IMG/VR virus record: IMGVR_UViG_3300023199_000127
Location: 32,001-96,000 of that record
Origin: a virus
DNA: 64,000 nucleotides
Direction: 5' to 3' (one strand)
Shown here: in pieces, positions 1 to 11,100 of the stretch
Numbering within the stretch: position 1 is the stretch's first letter
Layout of the letters: each line of letters starts with the position of its first letter
Position numbers and translations under genes: made by a program
The notes under the pieces: generated by a model
What the model saw: only the letters and a program-made list of their open reading frames with translations
Told to the model about the DNA's origin: nothing
The model's database searches: none

Positions 1-30
1 ACCCTCTCCCTCGCGAAGGAGTAATCCCAG

Positions 31-747
31 ATGACCGTCCAGCGCTCTGAGTTCACTCGCACCTACAACTCGTTCTCGGGTGTCGACATGTTCGCCATGT
101 TCGGCAGCATCCTGATTGGCGAGCTGCAGGGCATTTCATACACCATCACCCGTGAGAAGGCCCCGCTGTACACCATGGGTTCGGCCGATCCCCGGTCGTT
201 CTCCCGTGGTAAGCGAGGCATCGCGGGTTCCCTTATATTCCTGGTCTTCGACCGTAACGCCCTCCTCTCGAGTATGATCGGCACCAAGTCCGGTCAGTTC
301 CTTGCGAACGAGTACGAGACGGAGGAGAGCCGCCGTATCGAGGCTGCTCCCGACGTGAACAAGGAAGTCCAGGGTACTGGTTCTGTTGGTGCTGCAGCGG
401 TCGATGATGTAGACCGCAGCCAGCTGATCAATCAGGGCATCAACACCCGGAAGGTCATCGCGTCTGCAAAGTACCATGACCAGATCCTTCCGTTCGACGT
501 CGTTATCCTTGCCGGCAACGAGTATGGCCATTCGGCCAAGATGGTTATCCACAATGTGGAGATCATGAACTGTGGTTCCGGTATGTCGATCGATGACATC
601 ACTACGGATGAGTCGTGCACGTGGGTCGCTACGCAGATCACGCCCTGGCACGCCCAGACGTGGATCGAGCCGCGTACCGGCAAGCAGATCGACGTTGAGC
701 AGACTCCGCCCTGGATCACCAACGCTGCAGGCCGTTCGGCTCGCTAG
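31..747 (+). CDS. Probable major tail tube protein (238 aa)
   Basis: SD AAGGAG upstream. Motifs YNSFSG, REKAPLYTMGS, RGKRGIAGSLIF and DQILPFD..GNEYG..SIDD resemble contractile-tail tube proteins of large phages. Followed by a terminator and then chaperones and baseplate genes. Confidence 0.7.
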   Translation: MTVQRSEFTRTYNSFSGVDMFAMFGSILIGELQGISYTITREKAPLYTMGSADPRSFSRGKRGIAGSLIFLVFDRNALLSSMIGTKSGQFLANEYETEESRRIEAAPDVNKEVQGTGSVGAAAVDDVDRSQLINQGINTRKVIASAKYHDQILPFDVVILAGNEYGHSAKMVIHNVEIMNCGSGMSIDDITTDESCTWVATQITPWHAQTWIEPRTGKQIDVEQTPPWITNAAGRSAR

Positions 748-768
748 GTGATCTCTGTCTGATACAAT

Positions 769-799
769 AAGGGCTGGCCAGGACGGCTAGCCCTTTTTT
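769..799 (+). terminator. Rho-independent terminator
   Basis: AAGGGCTGGCC-AGGAC-GGCTAGCCCTT stem-loop followed by a T-run, directly after the 747 stop. Confidence 0.8.
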
Positions 800-807
800 G
801 TTCTACC

Positions 808-1656
808 ATGGCACTTCGACACCCTAGCATCCCTCGAAATCTGCCCAGGCGCGCTCATCCTAAGGGCGTGCTACAGGCCAAGCCCGGTGAAGGGGCACCC
901 GCAGCCGGCAACGCTCCTAGCGTATCCGGCGGCGGTATGTTCCGCCCCGTGCAATACAACTCGTACTCCGGTACGGACATGCTTGCAGTAATGCACATGC
1001 CTAAGACTAAGGATCGAGATCTGCTGGCAGCTGGTGCTACCGACGACGAGGTTCAGTCTTACCTCCAGAATCAGGCGACTCTAAGAACCTTCGCGGAGCT
1101 CGGTACCTTGTCCATCTCCTCGGCTAGGTCTGTACACCCTGTACGCCGGCTGGGGGAGTCTCATGTCTTTGCATACACACGTGGTGCCCGCACTGTGGCG
1201 GGAACGATGGTGTTCGCTATGTTGGACCGTGATGTGATGGCAGACTTCTACCGGGACAACCCGGATGAGATCCAGACCTCTGCCCCGTTCTTCGTGGATC
1301 AGATGCCTGAGTTCAATATCTACATTGCAGCCGCTAACGAGTACGGAGGTACTACCAGTGCAGGTCTGGTAGGTATCACTCTGACTAACTGGGGGCAGAC
1401 GCTCTCTGTGGATGACATCTATACAGAGGTCACGTATACGTTTGTGGCTAAGTTCTACCTTCCGTTCGTTCCTGACTATGCCTCCTTTAACAGGATGGTA
1501 CAGCTGCAGGACGCAGCCGAAGGCAGCATGCGTCCTGCATCTCGTATGCGCGACGTGGAGCGAGCCGGCGCCAATGGGCCCGAGGAGGATGAGCGGGCCA
1601 TCGATGAAGCTAACGACTATGCTCAGTCTCTCTTCGATAGGGCAGATGTGTTTTAA
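808..1656 (+). CDS. Tail tube paralog 2 / tube initiator-like (282 aa; true start may be later, near MFRPVQ)
   Basis: YNSYSGTDM, TRGARTVAGTMVF and DQMPEFNI..ANEYG..LSVDD align by eye with ORF 31..747. ATG 808 has no SD. Confidence 0.7.
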   Translation: MALRHPSIPRNLPRRAHPKGVLQAKPGEGAPAAGNAPSVSGGGMFRPVQYNSYSGTDMLAVMHMPKTKDRDLLAAGATDDEVQSYLQNQATLRTFAELGTLSISSARSVHPVRRLGESHVFAYTRGARTVAGTMVFAMLDRDVMADFYRDNPDEIQTSAPFFVDQMPEFNIYIAAANEYGGTTSAGLVGITLTNWGQTLSVDDIYTEVTYTFVAKFYLPFVPDYASFNRMVQLQDAAEGSMRPASRMRDVERAGANGPEEDERAIDEANDYAQSLFDRADVF

Positions 1657-2417
1657 TGCGTGACGGCAGTTATCCCACTCCCGCACAGACGTCTATCTTT
1701 GTAGACGACATCTGGATTGACGATGCATACCAGGTGAACTACGAAGAGGAGAACGCACGTATCCCGATCTATGGATACAACAGATCTGACTTTGGCATGG
1801 TCGCTGACGGAAAGGTCATCATCACGGGCAACATCGTGATCAACTTCCGTTATCCCGACTATCTGGGCCGTGCCATCAGGAACGCTCTTCGGTTTCGTAG
1901 CAATCAGAAGGAGCGTGCACAACGTAACCAGAATTTGCAGGACCCCTATGCCCCGTCGCCCCTGGCCAAGCCCAGGCTCGACCGAGCACAGATGAGAAGG
2001 TTGCTGCAAGATATTCGCACCGCCAGTCCCACGGATCGCATCAAAAAGATGGGTGAGGCTCTAGCCAAGGGCACCTTCGGCCAGGTTGCTGGCCTGTCCC
2101 GGTCCCTCTTTGGCCAGAGTGAGTCCGAGCGTATCATCGGTTCCCTACTGGATGATGCCAACCCCGTGCGAATGTCCTCCAGGGAGGGCGGTTTCAATAT
2201 CCAGCTGGTTTACGGCCATGCCTCTGGGAGAAGCGTGGTCGAAAAAATCGAAGAGTGCTATATCACTGGCCGCAGCAAGGTTCTTACCGCAGCTGCTGGT
2301 AGTGGTGGAAATTCGAGCGGGAATGTGGTCTACGAGGTCTACCCTTTTATTGCTAAGCGTGTACAATCAGACATCGTAGACCTGAGCCAGAGGGCTCAGG
2401 ACCCCACTGAGGAGTAA
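1656..2417 (+). CDS. Distant tail tube paralog 3 / baseplate-tube junction protein (253 aa)
   Basis: IPIYGYN..F..VADGKVIITGNIVINF and YEVYPFIAK match the tube fold pattern of the two upstream genes. TAATG coupling. Confidence 0.55.
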   Translation: MRDGSYPTPAQTSIFVDDIWIDDAYQVNYEEENARIPIYGYNRSDFGMVADGKVIITGNIVINFRYPDYLGRAIRNALRFRSNQKERAQRNQNLQDPYAPSPLAKPRLDRAQMRRLLQDIRTASPTDRIKKMGEALAKGTFGQVAGLSRSLFGQSESERIIGSLLDDANPVRMSSREGGFNIQLVYGHASGRSVVEKIEECYITGRSKVLTAAAGSGGNSSGNVVYEVYPFIAKRVQSDIVDLSQRAQDPTEE

Positions 2418-2419
2418 AC

Positions 2420-2917
2420 ATGAGCGACGAACAGCCCGTCAACACTGAACAGTCCCCTGTCGACCAGAGGAATCCCGAGGACAAGGTCCCGGGCCTCGAG
2501 CTGACCTGGGGCATGGTAGAAGCCATGGAGATGGATGAGGCCGAGGAGAAGAACTTCATTTCTGCAGCACAGCAGGCGAAGCAGTCCTTCCGTAGCCCTC
2601 AGTTCATCTTCCTCGCCGGCCGCCCGTACATCCATCGCACGGTGAACCGTCGCGAGATGTCCAAGCTGCGCACGGATGTGGCATTGCGTATCAACCAGCT
2701 TGCTGAGAACGCACCTGAGGGACTGGATCCCCAGCAGGCGCGCGCGCAGCTGATGAAGGACACCATGGAGGAAGCCCTGGTCGAGGCATGCAGCATCTAT
2801 CCGAAGTATGATCGAGTTTCGATCCGCGAAGAGGACGCTGGCATCATCACGAGCCTGCATGATTCCATCGTCGAAGCTTCGGGCTACAACCAGCCTGCAT
2901 CCCCCATTCGCCTGTAA
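2420..2917 (+). CDS. Tail assembly chaperone-like protein (165 aa)
   Basis: Acidic and helical, positioned after the tube genes. YIHRTVNRRE and AGIITSLHDSIVEASGY pattern. Confidence 0.6.
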   Translation: MSDEQPVNTEQSPVDQRNPEDKVPGLELTWGMVEAMEMDEAEEKNFISAAQQAKQSFRSPQFIFLAGRPYIHRTVNRREMSKLRTDVALRINQLAENAPEGLDPQQARAQLMKDTMEEALVEACSIYPKYDRVSIREEDAGIITSLHDSIVEASGYNQPASPIRL

Positions 2918-2928
2918 GGGGGAGATCG

Positions 2929-3705
2929 GTGATCCGATCTCCTTGGGACCTCCCCCGTGAAGTGAGGGAGCTGGTACCGCGACTCAAAAAGGACCATGAT
3001 GTCCTATACGTGGTGGAGCTCCAGAATGACACAGGGGAGGTCTATGCGATCTTCCGCCCAATGCGGAAGGAGGAGGTGCGTTACCTCGAAGAGAACGCAC
3101 CGTACCACGATGAGTGGTGGATGGAGGGATGGATTATCGGCCACACTTTGGTGTGGCCTGATCCACATGTTCTCGATGAATGGCTTGCTGGGACCGTTGA
3201 GTCGCTTGGTGACTCGATCATCGAGGCTTCCGGATGGTCTTCGGTCGAGGCAACCGTTGAGGGTATTCACCTCGCTAGGCAAGAGGCGACGTCACTGGAC
3301 TCTGCCATTCTCGCGTTTATCTGCAAGGCATTCCCGTCCATCCATCCGCGGGACCTCCAGAAAATGACCTTGCTCGAGACTCAGATCATGCTGGCCCGTG
3401 CAGAGATGATCCTGGGCCAGCCACTCGATCTGCAGATGTTCCTGGATCCGGAGGGGTACCAGAAGAGGCTGAAGCGCCAGCAGCGCTTCCAGCCGCCTGC
3501 CATGCTCCCGGATGATCCGGGTGCATTCGACACTCCGCCGGAGGCCATGCAGCGGCCTCGCCGGCCAACCCGCCCGCATCACAGCTATCTGCCCGATACT
3601 CCGATGGACGAGAAAGAAATGCTTTCTCCGGACGCAGCCACTAAACTTAGGAGTGGAGATTCCCTCCGAGATGAAATGGCTGCCCATCAGGACTTCCTTG
3701 GCTAA
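2929..3705 (+). CDS. Second tail assembly chaperone paralog (258 aa)
   Basis: GTG start with GGGGGAG SD. IFRPMRKEE and AGTVESLGDSIIEASGW parallel the upstream ORF. Confidence 0.55.
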   Translation: MIRSPWDLPREVRELVPRLKKDHDVLYVVELQNDTGEVYAIFRPMRKEEVRYLEENAPYHDEWWMEGWIIGHTLVWPDPHVLDEWLAGTVESLGDSIIEASGWSSVEATVEGIHLARQEATSLDSAILAFICKAFPSIHPRDLQKMTLLETQIMLARAEMILGQPLDLQMFLDPEGYQKRLKRQQRFQPPAMLPDDPGAFDTPPEAMQRPRRPTRPHHSYLPDTPMDEKEMLSPDAATKLRSGDSLRDEMAAHQDFLG

Positions 3706-6700
3706 TGGCGATTGAACGAGAGAACCTCCAGAACGAGCGCGGGTACAACCCGTATCGTGACCAGATCCTGGGCCAGCGAGGGACAGATGAGCGCCATCCC
3801 GCCGAGACTCTGCGGGAAAATGAGGCTCAGACCAAGGCTCTGGAGATCCAGAAGGCCCAGAATCCGCTACTCCAGCGGGTGGCCCAAGTCGCCTTCATCA
3901 CCTCTGGCGTCTATATGCTGGGCCGTACGAGGGCCAGAGATGCCCTCAGGAGCGCCTTGGATGCTCTGGGGTACGCTGGGAGGTCTGGGCTCCGTGTCGC
4001 CCGTGAGGGCGCCAGGAGCGCCGTCAGAGGGGCTGTAGGATCCTTCCCGGAGACCAGGAGCCTAGAGAGAGCCTTCCATGGGGTCGATGACCCGGAGATT
4101 CGCAACCTCGAGCTGATCGATACGCTGGAGGGAATACTTAACTTTAGGCGAACAGCTCTAGATGAGAATGGGTTCGCAAGAGGGCTCAGGGCTTCTCGGG
4201 CTGGTGGGCCTGCTGGATCAACCTTTGACCAGATCGCCACTGAGCATGTGGCAGCGCGGTACAACCTCGACTCTCTCGAGGATCTGCGCCATGTGACTGT
4301 CGGTGACGTCATGGAGAACGCCAATCTGCAGAGGCAGATCGGCGAACGTCAGTTCCGCACGCTCAGTGAAGCCTCGGAGCTCGGTCTCATCAATGAGCGC
4401 ACGGTCCTGCACCGTAACCGCAACGTCCGAGGGCTGTACACGACGCCTGAGGGTTTCATTCAGGACACTCGATGGGCTACCGCCGGCAACGCACTCCGGG
4501 GCCTGTACACAGCCACCAGGAACTTCTCTGTTGCTGGCTTCCGGCCCGTTGAGTTGTTCGCTGGTATGGGCAAGGCTTTCACTCAGGGTGAATTCTTCGG
4601 TGAGCTGGGCGTTGGTACTGTCATCGGTCGTGGGCGTAAGATCACGGCACAGGACGGTATTAGCTTTGCCATGGGTGGCAACATCTATCGTCAGCAGCGT
4701 GGTGGGTTCCAGCATGCCGGTAGTGGCTTCAAGCTCTTCAGCAGTAAGGAAGGTCAGTCTGCTGGTCTGATGGAGTCATTCCAGGCCATCATGGGCATGC
4801 ACCCGTTGCAGTCTCATCGTGTGGCTCAGATTAGCCAAGCGGAAGCAGACGCTCATCCGGTAAGAGATTTCTGGCAACAGCTTCAGGACCTGGTGGGTGT
4901 TGGTCCTGGGTTCAAGACCAGACCACATGTTGCTGAGACGTTCGTAGTTTATCCAATGCGCCGGCGCCAAGCCGGGCGCATGGGCGGCGGATATGTGCCT
5001 TACTCCGAAGCTGGTGGTGCGCTAGCAGGTCGACAGGGTGTCGGGTTCGGCTACGTGTCCAGACGTGATCAGAGGCGTGGCTTCTTCGAGAAGGTAGTAA
5101 ACCAGCTACAGGGTCTCAATGAGAGTGATGCTGTTGCTGCGCGTGCAGATGAATCTCGCGGATTCATGGATCGTGTTGCACGAACCATGGGCGTGGATTC
5201 TGGCGATGAGCTCTCCGCTCTTTACGGTAACCAGCAACGTGGGGCTTTCCTGAGCCCTGCAGGCATGGCCGAGTTCCGACGCAGCGGTACTATCCGCGGT
5301 CAGTCCTTGGTCGTCCAGCGTCCTACTACTGCAGCATCCTATGGAACAAGGCCCGCACGCTTCCATACTGGAGAGGTAGGCGAAGCCTCATATGGCCGCG
5401 CCACCGGTCGCACCACAGTAAGGAACTACGTTGTCCACGATGGCGGTGTGCTGGGTAATGTCAACTTGGTTGGTACCTACATGACGACGCGTCTCAACAA
5501 CCTGTTGAGCGCGACTCTGAACTACGGTATCCGTCCCGGCTCCGGCTCGTACGGCTGGGTTGGGAACATAGCCAAGATCTATGGTGGCTATCAGGCCATC
5601 AACATGGGCTTGGACTACCTGTCGTACGCCGACTATCTCATGGAGGAGTACACGGGTGTCAGTCCCAAGAAGTGGGGACTTAAGGGTTACATTGGTCTCC
5701 GCACTGGTCTCCAGAAGGCCCGCGAGGTGACAGGTGTGACCTCTGCGGCTGACTGGATTGAAGACACGATGCCGGGTTCCGTCGACAGCCCGTTGTCTCA
5801 GGCGTTGAGATTTGCTGGTCCCATGGCAGCTACGTTCCTTAGAGGACGTGGTCCAGGCCTGTCAGGGCTTGCTGCCGGTACCTTCCTTGGCTACGGTGAC
5901 ATCCAGAAGAGTTCTGAGGATGTCTATGATGAGCTGATTGGTGACAAGGATGTAGCGTATCGCCGTGGCAGGTGGTGGATGCTGGGCCGGCAGCCGTTCG
6001 GTGGAGGCCCGGTCGAATTCTATGGCAAGTCCTGGATTGCACGACAGCTGTCCGACTACCAGTACACGGACTCTCTGTATGGATCAAAGCAGGAGTATTG
6101 GCGTCATGTGAACAAGACTCCGACTCCCTCAAACCTCTTCAACTTGTTTGAGAGTCCTGAGGAATACCTGAGCCAGAAACACTACTATACGCGCCCCTAT
6201 CCGGTTGATGCAGACGGAAGTCCTGCACGTATGTCAGAAGCAATCTTCAATGAGCTCCCTGAGGAACGCGATGTGATCCCGGATGCTGGTGCGCGACTGG
6301 GCCTACAAGATGGTGGTACTCACCACGATAGACGTGCCATCGTTGGTCCGTACGGCGCTGGTGGGAAGCTTGGCTACTACGCTGATAAGATCTCTGAGCT
6401 GAGCGGCATCTACAAGTTTGCTCTGTGGGATCTGCCTGGCTTCTCCAACAACACCGATAATCGCCGGCTGGCATCGCCCGAGGCGATGGCCAGCAGGTCT
6501 CGAGAGTTCTACGACAACTCGATGGGTGGCATGCTTGGTCTCTCTGAGGCCTATCGCCGATTCCTGCCCGATGAGAAGTTCAATAAGGACTATAACCCGA
6601 TCCCCAACCAGATGCCGGATTGGCTACCTGGTATTCGGAGCTCCTTTGAGAAGGACCGGCGCTACTACATGGACTTCACTCTGGGTGATCCGTACACCAA

Positions 6701-8192
6701 GGTGAAGCAAGGTGAGGCTCGTCTACCTGGTGAAGGCTATGAGCGCATGCATCGCCTCCATTCGGGTGCCCACGGTACCTACGATGCCATGGATCGCTTT
6801 CTGATCCTTGCTGACGTCGCACCGTACTCGCAGTCGTATCAGCACTACAAGGCCATTGTGAGCTCGTGGGCTAAGGCCGGTGTGCTTGATTCCTATTGGT
6901 CAGAGAAGTTTGACACTGCTCAGAAGCAGGTCAAGGACAAGCTACAGCAGCACGATTTTACACACCGCCGTTTTACTGGACTGGTTACCGCACCCGAAGA
7001 GGAAATGGAGCGGGTAGAGCAGTGGAATCCCCTCCGACGTAGTGTTGCTGCAGCTTGGGAAGTTGCAACTCACGATGTAGTTTCGCGAGCTGCTGTGGCT
7101 GTTCCGTTTGCTGGTGGCATCCTTGGTAATAAGCTTGCTCCTACCAGATCTCCCATCGAGGCATATCAGAAGTGGGAGTTGTACGGTGAAGACTTCGCTG
7201 ATTGGCGCACACCGTACAAGAGTTTCATTCGTCCGATGGCCCATGAACTCACTGCATCAGATCCTGCCACTGCCACATTTGGTGGTGCTATGCTTGGTGT
7301 CTTTGGCGCCAACCCTCTTTCTCGTCTCGTGTTCTCTGGCGTAGGTGCAGCTCTGGCAGGGACCGCCAGCACGGCACGTGCTGTCGGTACCGGGGAGATG
7401 ACGGGTGGCTATATTCCCAGCCATCGCGAAGAGGAGCGTGAAGCCAAGGAGTATCTGGATAAGCTGAAGTACGTGAAGTATCGCCGTCTCCAGCAGATTG
7501 CTGACGCACAGGGCGACCGTACTCTGGCCTACCAGTACAAGAAGATGGCCGGCCGCACTTTGACTGGCATGGACTACTCTTTGCCTCAGGCACACTTCCA
7601 GGCTGCTGCTCGAGCAGCCATGGGTAAGCGTGAGCGTGGCTACTTTGATGCGTTCACCGAGGTGACGGATCCGGAATCCCGGAAGCGCATTCTAGAGATG
7701 GTGCCTGAGTATATGAAGCAGGTGTATGTAGCCGCGTGGTCCAAGCAGGGCGATCCCAGGATGAGGGCTGCCATGCGAGAGATGCAGCAGAGCGGAGATG
7801 CACGTGCCGCAGAATACTTCCGCAATGTGCGTAAGCCCGACAGCACGTGGGCTGGCTGGCACCCCTCGGTATCCCAGTCTGATATCGCCATCAGACTAGC
7901 AAATCAGGAGGCTTTGGATATTCATCGATTCAACCTCTGGGAGGAACAGGTCAGCGAGAGCGAAGCCAGATTCCCTGATCTGCACGTTCCGGTCGATCTG
8001 TCCGATATCCAGAGAACGCCCAGTATGCTGCGCCATGCCGCCCTGGACACCAGTAGGAAACAGTATCGGGCTGCTAGTTTCACTGGAGGCGGGTTTACTG
8101 CTGCAGGTTTGCACCCTGAGGGTATAGAATTGGATGTGATCCCTGACACTGTCACTGAAGCGTTGAGATACGCTGGGAGTCTATTGCAGTAA
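3705..8192 (+). CDS. Giant virion protein at the tape-measure position (1495 aa); possible tape measure/ejection protein
   Basis: Long ORF immediately after the chaperones. Several Gly/Ala-rich hydrophobic stretches (e.g. ATFGGAMLGVFGANPLSRLVFSGVGAALAG). TAATG coupling at both ends. Confidence 0.55.
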   Translation: MAIERENLQNERGYNPYRDQILGQRGTDERHPAETLRENEAQTKALEIQKAQNPLLQRVAQVAFITSGVYMLGRTRARDALRSALDALGYAGRSGLRVAREGARSAVRGAVGSFPETRSLERAFHGVDDPEIRNLELIDTLEGILNFRRTALDENGFARGLRASRAGGPAGSTFDQIATEHVAARYNLDSLEDLRHVTVGDVMENANLQRQIGERQFRTLSEASELGLINERTVLHRNRNVRGLYTTPEGFIQDTRWATAGNALRGLYTATRNFSVAGFRPVELFAGMGKAFTQGEFFGELGVGTVIGRGRKITAQDGISFAMGGNIYRQQRGGFQHAGSGFKLFSSKEGQSAGLMESFQAIMGMHPLQSHRVAQISQAEADAHPVRDFWQQLQDLVGVGPGFKTRPHVAETFVVYPMRRRQAGRMGGGYVPYSEAGGALAGRQGVGFGYVSRRDQRRGFFEKVVNQLQGLNESDAVAARADESRGFMDRVARTMGVDSGDELSALYGNQQRGAFLSPAGMAEFRRSGTIRGQSLVVQRPTTAASYGTRPARFHTGEVGEASYGRATGRTTVRNYVVHDGGVLGNVNLVGTYMTTRLNNLLSATLNYGIRPGSGSYGWVGNIAKIYGGYQAINMGLDYLSYADYLMEEYTGVSPKKWGLKGYIGLRTGLQKAREVTGVTSAADWIEDTMPGSVDSPLSQALRFAGPMAATFLRGRGPGLSGLAAGTFLGYGDIQKSSEDVYDELIGDKDVAYRRGRWWMLGRQPFGGGPVEFYGKSWIARQLSDYQYTDSLYGSKQEYWRHVNKTPTPSNLFNLFESPEEYLSQKHYYTRPYPVDADGSPARMSEAIFNELPEERDVIPDAGARLGLQDGGTHHDRRAIVGPYGAGGKLGYYADKISELSGIYKFALWDLPGFSNNTDNRRLASPEAMASRSREFYDNSMGGMLGLSEAYRRFLPDEKFNKDYNPIPNQMPDWLPGIRSSFEKDRRYYMDFTLGDPYTKVKQGEARLPGEGYERMHRLHSGAHGTYDAMDRFLILADVAPYSQSYQHYKAIVSSWAKAGVLDSYWSEKFDTAQKQVKDKLQQHDFTHRRFTGLVTAPEEEMERVEQWNPLRRSVAAAWEVATHDVVSRAAVAVPFAGGILGNKLAPTRSPIEAYQKWELYGEDFADWRTPYKSFIRPMAHELTASDPATATFGGAMLGVFGANPLSRLVFSGVGAALAGTASTARAVGTGEMTGGYIPSHREEEREAKEYLDKLKYVKYRRLQQIADAQGDRTLAYQYKKMAGRTLTGMDYSLPQAHFQAAARAAMGKRERGYFDAFTEVTDPESRKRILEMVPEYMKQVYVAAWSKQGDPRMRAAMREMQQSGDARAAEYFRNVRKPDSTWAGWHPSVSQSDIAIRLANQEALDIHRFNLWEEQVSESEARFPDLHVPVDLSDIQRTPSMLRHAALDTSRKQYRAASFTGGGFTAAGLHPEGIELDVIPDTVTEALRYAGSLLQ

Positions 8193-11100
8193 TGAGAGAC
8201 GCCGGCTACGGCTACTATTCCTCCAACCTTGCCAACTATCCCGGCCTCGTTGGTCTCCAGGAAGCAGTTCATTCCACCAACTATGCCCCTGTGCGTAGCA
8301 AGGGCGGTTTGAACATGCTGATTAAGAGACATCGTGAGCTCGGCATGGGCATGGGCGCAACCAAGAACGTTGTGCGTATTGTGAGGGCTCTCGAAGATGC
8401 TGGTGTCCACGATATTGGTATCTCCGTACATGCCAAGGGTGGTGTTAGCCTACGTCTACGACAGGGCCAGATTGCCATCCCGGTCTGGGATAAGGCTCGT
8501 GGTGTTGTGCATATGGGCGCAGATACCATGGCTGGCGCCATGCATCTGGTGCCCACAGGGTCCCGACTCAAGAAGATGGACGTGGCTGATGCATTCGTCC
8601 ATCGTTTCCTGAGCCGTATGCCTAGCACTAGCAAGAAGTATGGCGGTGGTGGATCCGTCAAGCTAGGTAGTGGTAACATGATACGCATTAAGGCGATGGA
8701 TCCTGTGCGTAGCGTAGACGCTCAGGTGAAGGTCCTACAGGACCTGAGCCGTACCGCAAAGACAGAATGGATGCAGACTCTGGCCACACAGAATGGTGAG
8801 AGCCAGCTATCCAAGGCCTACTATCTGCAGAACCGCATCCAGATGGATCTTACAGATATGCCCGAGCTGCAACAGCAGGCAGAGCGTATCGGTGATATGG
8901 TCGCGGCTTATCAGAAGGGTGGCGATCCCACAAAGAAGATTCTCCTGAACGACGAACTCGAGCGAAAGATCCATACGGAAATTCTCGCGTTCAAGAATCG
9001 TCTTCAGGAGGTAGCACCGGATGCGCAGCTGACTGGTATCAAGCCTGAGGCTTTCTTGCCCTTCCTGCGTGAGAATAAGACTGCCAACCGAGTGACCATG
9101 TCTACTCTGGGTCCGCAGATGATGGCCTCCATGTACGAGGAGGATGAGGTTCGTAAGAGCCTGCATCAGATGGTCCTGGCTCGAGTGATGCACCAGGACG
9201 ACATCATGCACGATCCGCAGGTGGCCATGGGCCGAGCAGTGGCTCGTGAATCACTGGGGCGCCGGCGCATCGTTCCTATCGTCACCGAGCATGGGTACAT
9301 GGATCAGATGCGCCAGATGGCAGAACTGCGTGCATTGCGTCAGGGACGCGCTGTGCGTCCTGGCGATATGTACCAGCTGACTACACGTATGCCCTTGACG
9401 GTTGGTCTGATGGATCCTGGCCAGTCGCAGATGGCATACAAGTTCCTTCGGGACCATATCGACGATTCTGGAGTTCTGCTTGGTTCTGAGACTGCACGTA
9501 CCGTGGCAGGCATGGAGTATCGGCACCAGAGCAAGGTGGGCAACGTTCAGACGTTTAAGGCCATTGGGCCTATGGCGGCCCACATCAACGCTTTGAGTGA
9601 AGACTCTCATCATCATATTGGCCTGATCGGATCGGACCTGGCTGCCGAAGGCATGCCGGTCCTCGGAACAGATGCCAGTAGGTTCGTGGGTACCCAGGGT
9701 GCGAAGTCTCTGCGTATGCGTGATCGTATCCTTTTGGGCATTGACCAGGAGACGGGTCGCCAGATCACTATGGGAGCTGGTGACCGTCTAGAGTCCATCA
9801 CTCGTAAGGGTGACCAGTACCACTTCAACATCAAGCGTGCACGTGGTGGCAGTGGTATGGGCGCCGGCTTGCTGGTGGACACACGTCGTGTAGGCGTTAC
9901 TGGCTTTATCAGTCCCGAGGTTGGGGTAGACATTGCGGGTGCTGCTGGAGACTTCGGGATGAAGTTTGGTAGCAATCGGGCCCACACATACCGTCAGTAT
10001 GTAGGTCACGTCTTCACCAGACTGGAGCGATCCGCTCTGGACCAGAAGATGCAGCGCAACGTGATGCGCCAAGTTGGCAAGGCTCTGGGAGCCGATGTCA
10101 ATTTCAAGCAGATCGGTAGCCGCGGCAGGGCATTCGTTACGCTTGCAGCCGGTATGCCTTCTATTGACCGGCTGGTCGAAGCAGCCATGTCCAATGACAG
10201 TAGTACTCTACTGAAGGACAAGGTTGTCATGGCAGCTCTGGCCGACAAGAGCATGACTGAGGCTCAGCGCCAGTCTGTAATCAATGCCTTCCGTGTCGAG
10301 AGTACGCCGATGTCCAAGGTCATGAGATCTATGGGCCATGCCGTGAGTGAGCAACAGGCTGCCGAACTAGAGCGTGCCGGTGCTCGCATGTACAAGTTTG
10401 AGGGCACCCCGGTCCAGTCTCGTCATGTGGATATGCCTTCGAAACAGATGGGCCGCTATGGCATGAACTATACGCTGGCTGATCTCAAACTGTTTGAGAC
10501 TCAGATGGCTGGCACTCAGGGTCATGTCGGTAGAGCGTATCGCACGCTCCATGACTTCCTGCGTCCTGATATCAAGACCTCCGGTGTGGGCTCAGATGCT
10601 TACCGCTTCCTCGGTCAGTTCTATGAGGGTATCGATGGTGCCCATGCAGGACTAATGAAGGCCGATACCTACTCACTGCAGCAGATCGCACAGATGAAGA
10701 ATGTGCCGATCCAGTCCACCGCACAGTATCCGGGTGGTGTGATCAAGGAGAGTGAGGTTGCCGGTTCGCTAATTAGCGGCACCGGCAACAACCTGCGTAA
10801 GGGTGGCTTCTATGTGAAGCTCAAGAAGGGCGATCATATGTCTATCGCTCTCATGGACAGGTTTGGAGCCGGCAAGGGTGGTGTGGCTGCAGTGCGGACT
10901 GATACCGTGTTCATTCCGGGCATGGAGTTCTTCCGCGGGTCAGCTGGACTTGAAGGTTTCAATGAGCTCATCATGCAGGGTGGTTCCAGGTTGGATGGCT
11001 CTGGTGGTATCGAGCGCAAGCTTTTCGGCGACTACATGAATGTAGTTAAGACACTGGAGGATTATGCATCTGGCTCTGCAGATGTGACTGCGCTACAGGA

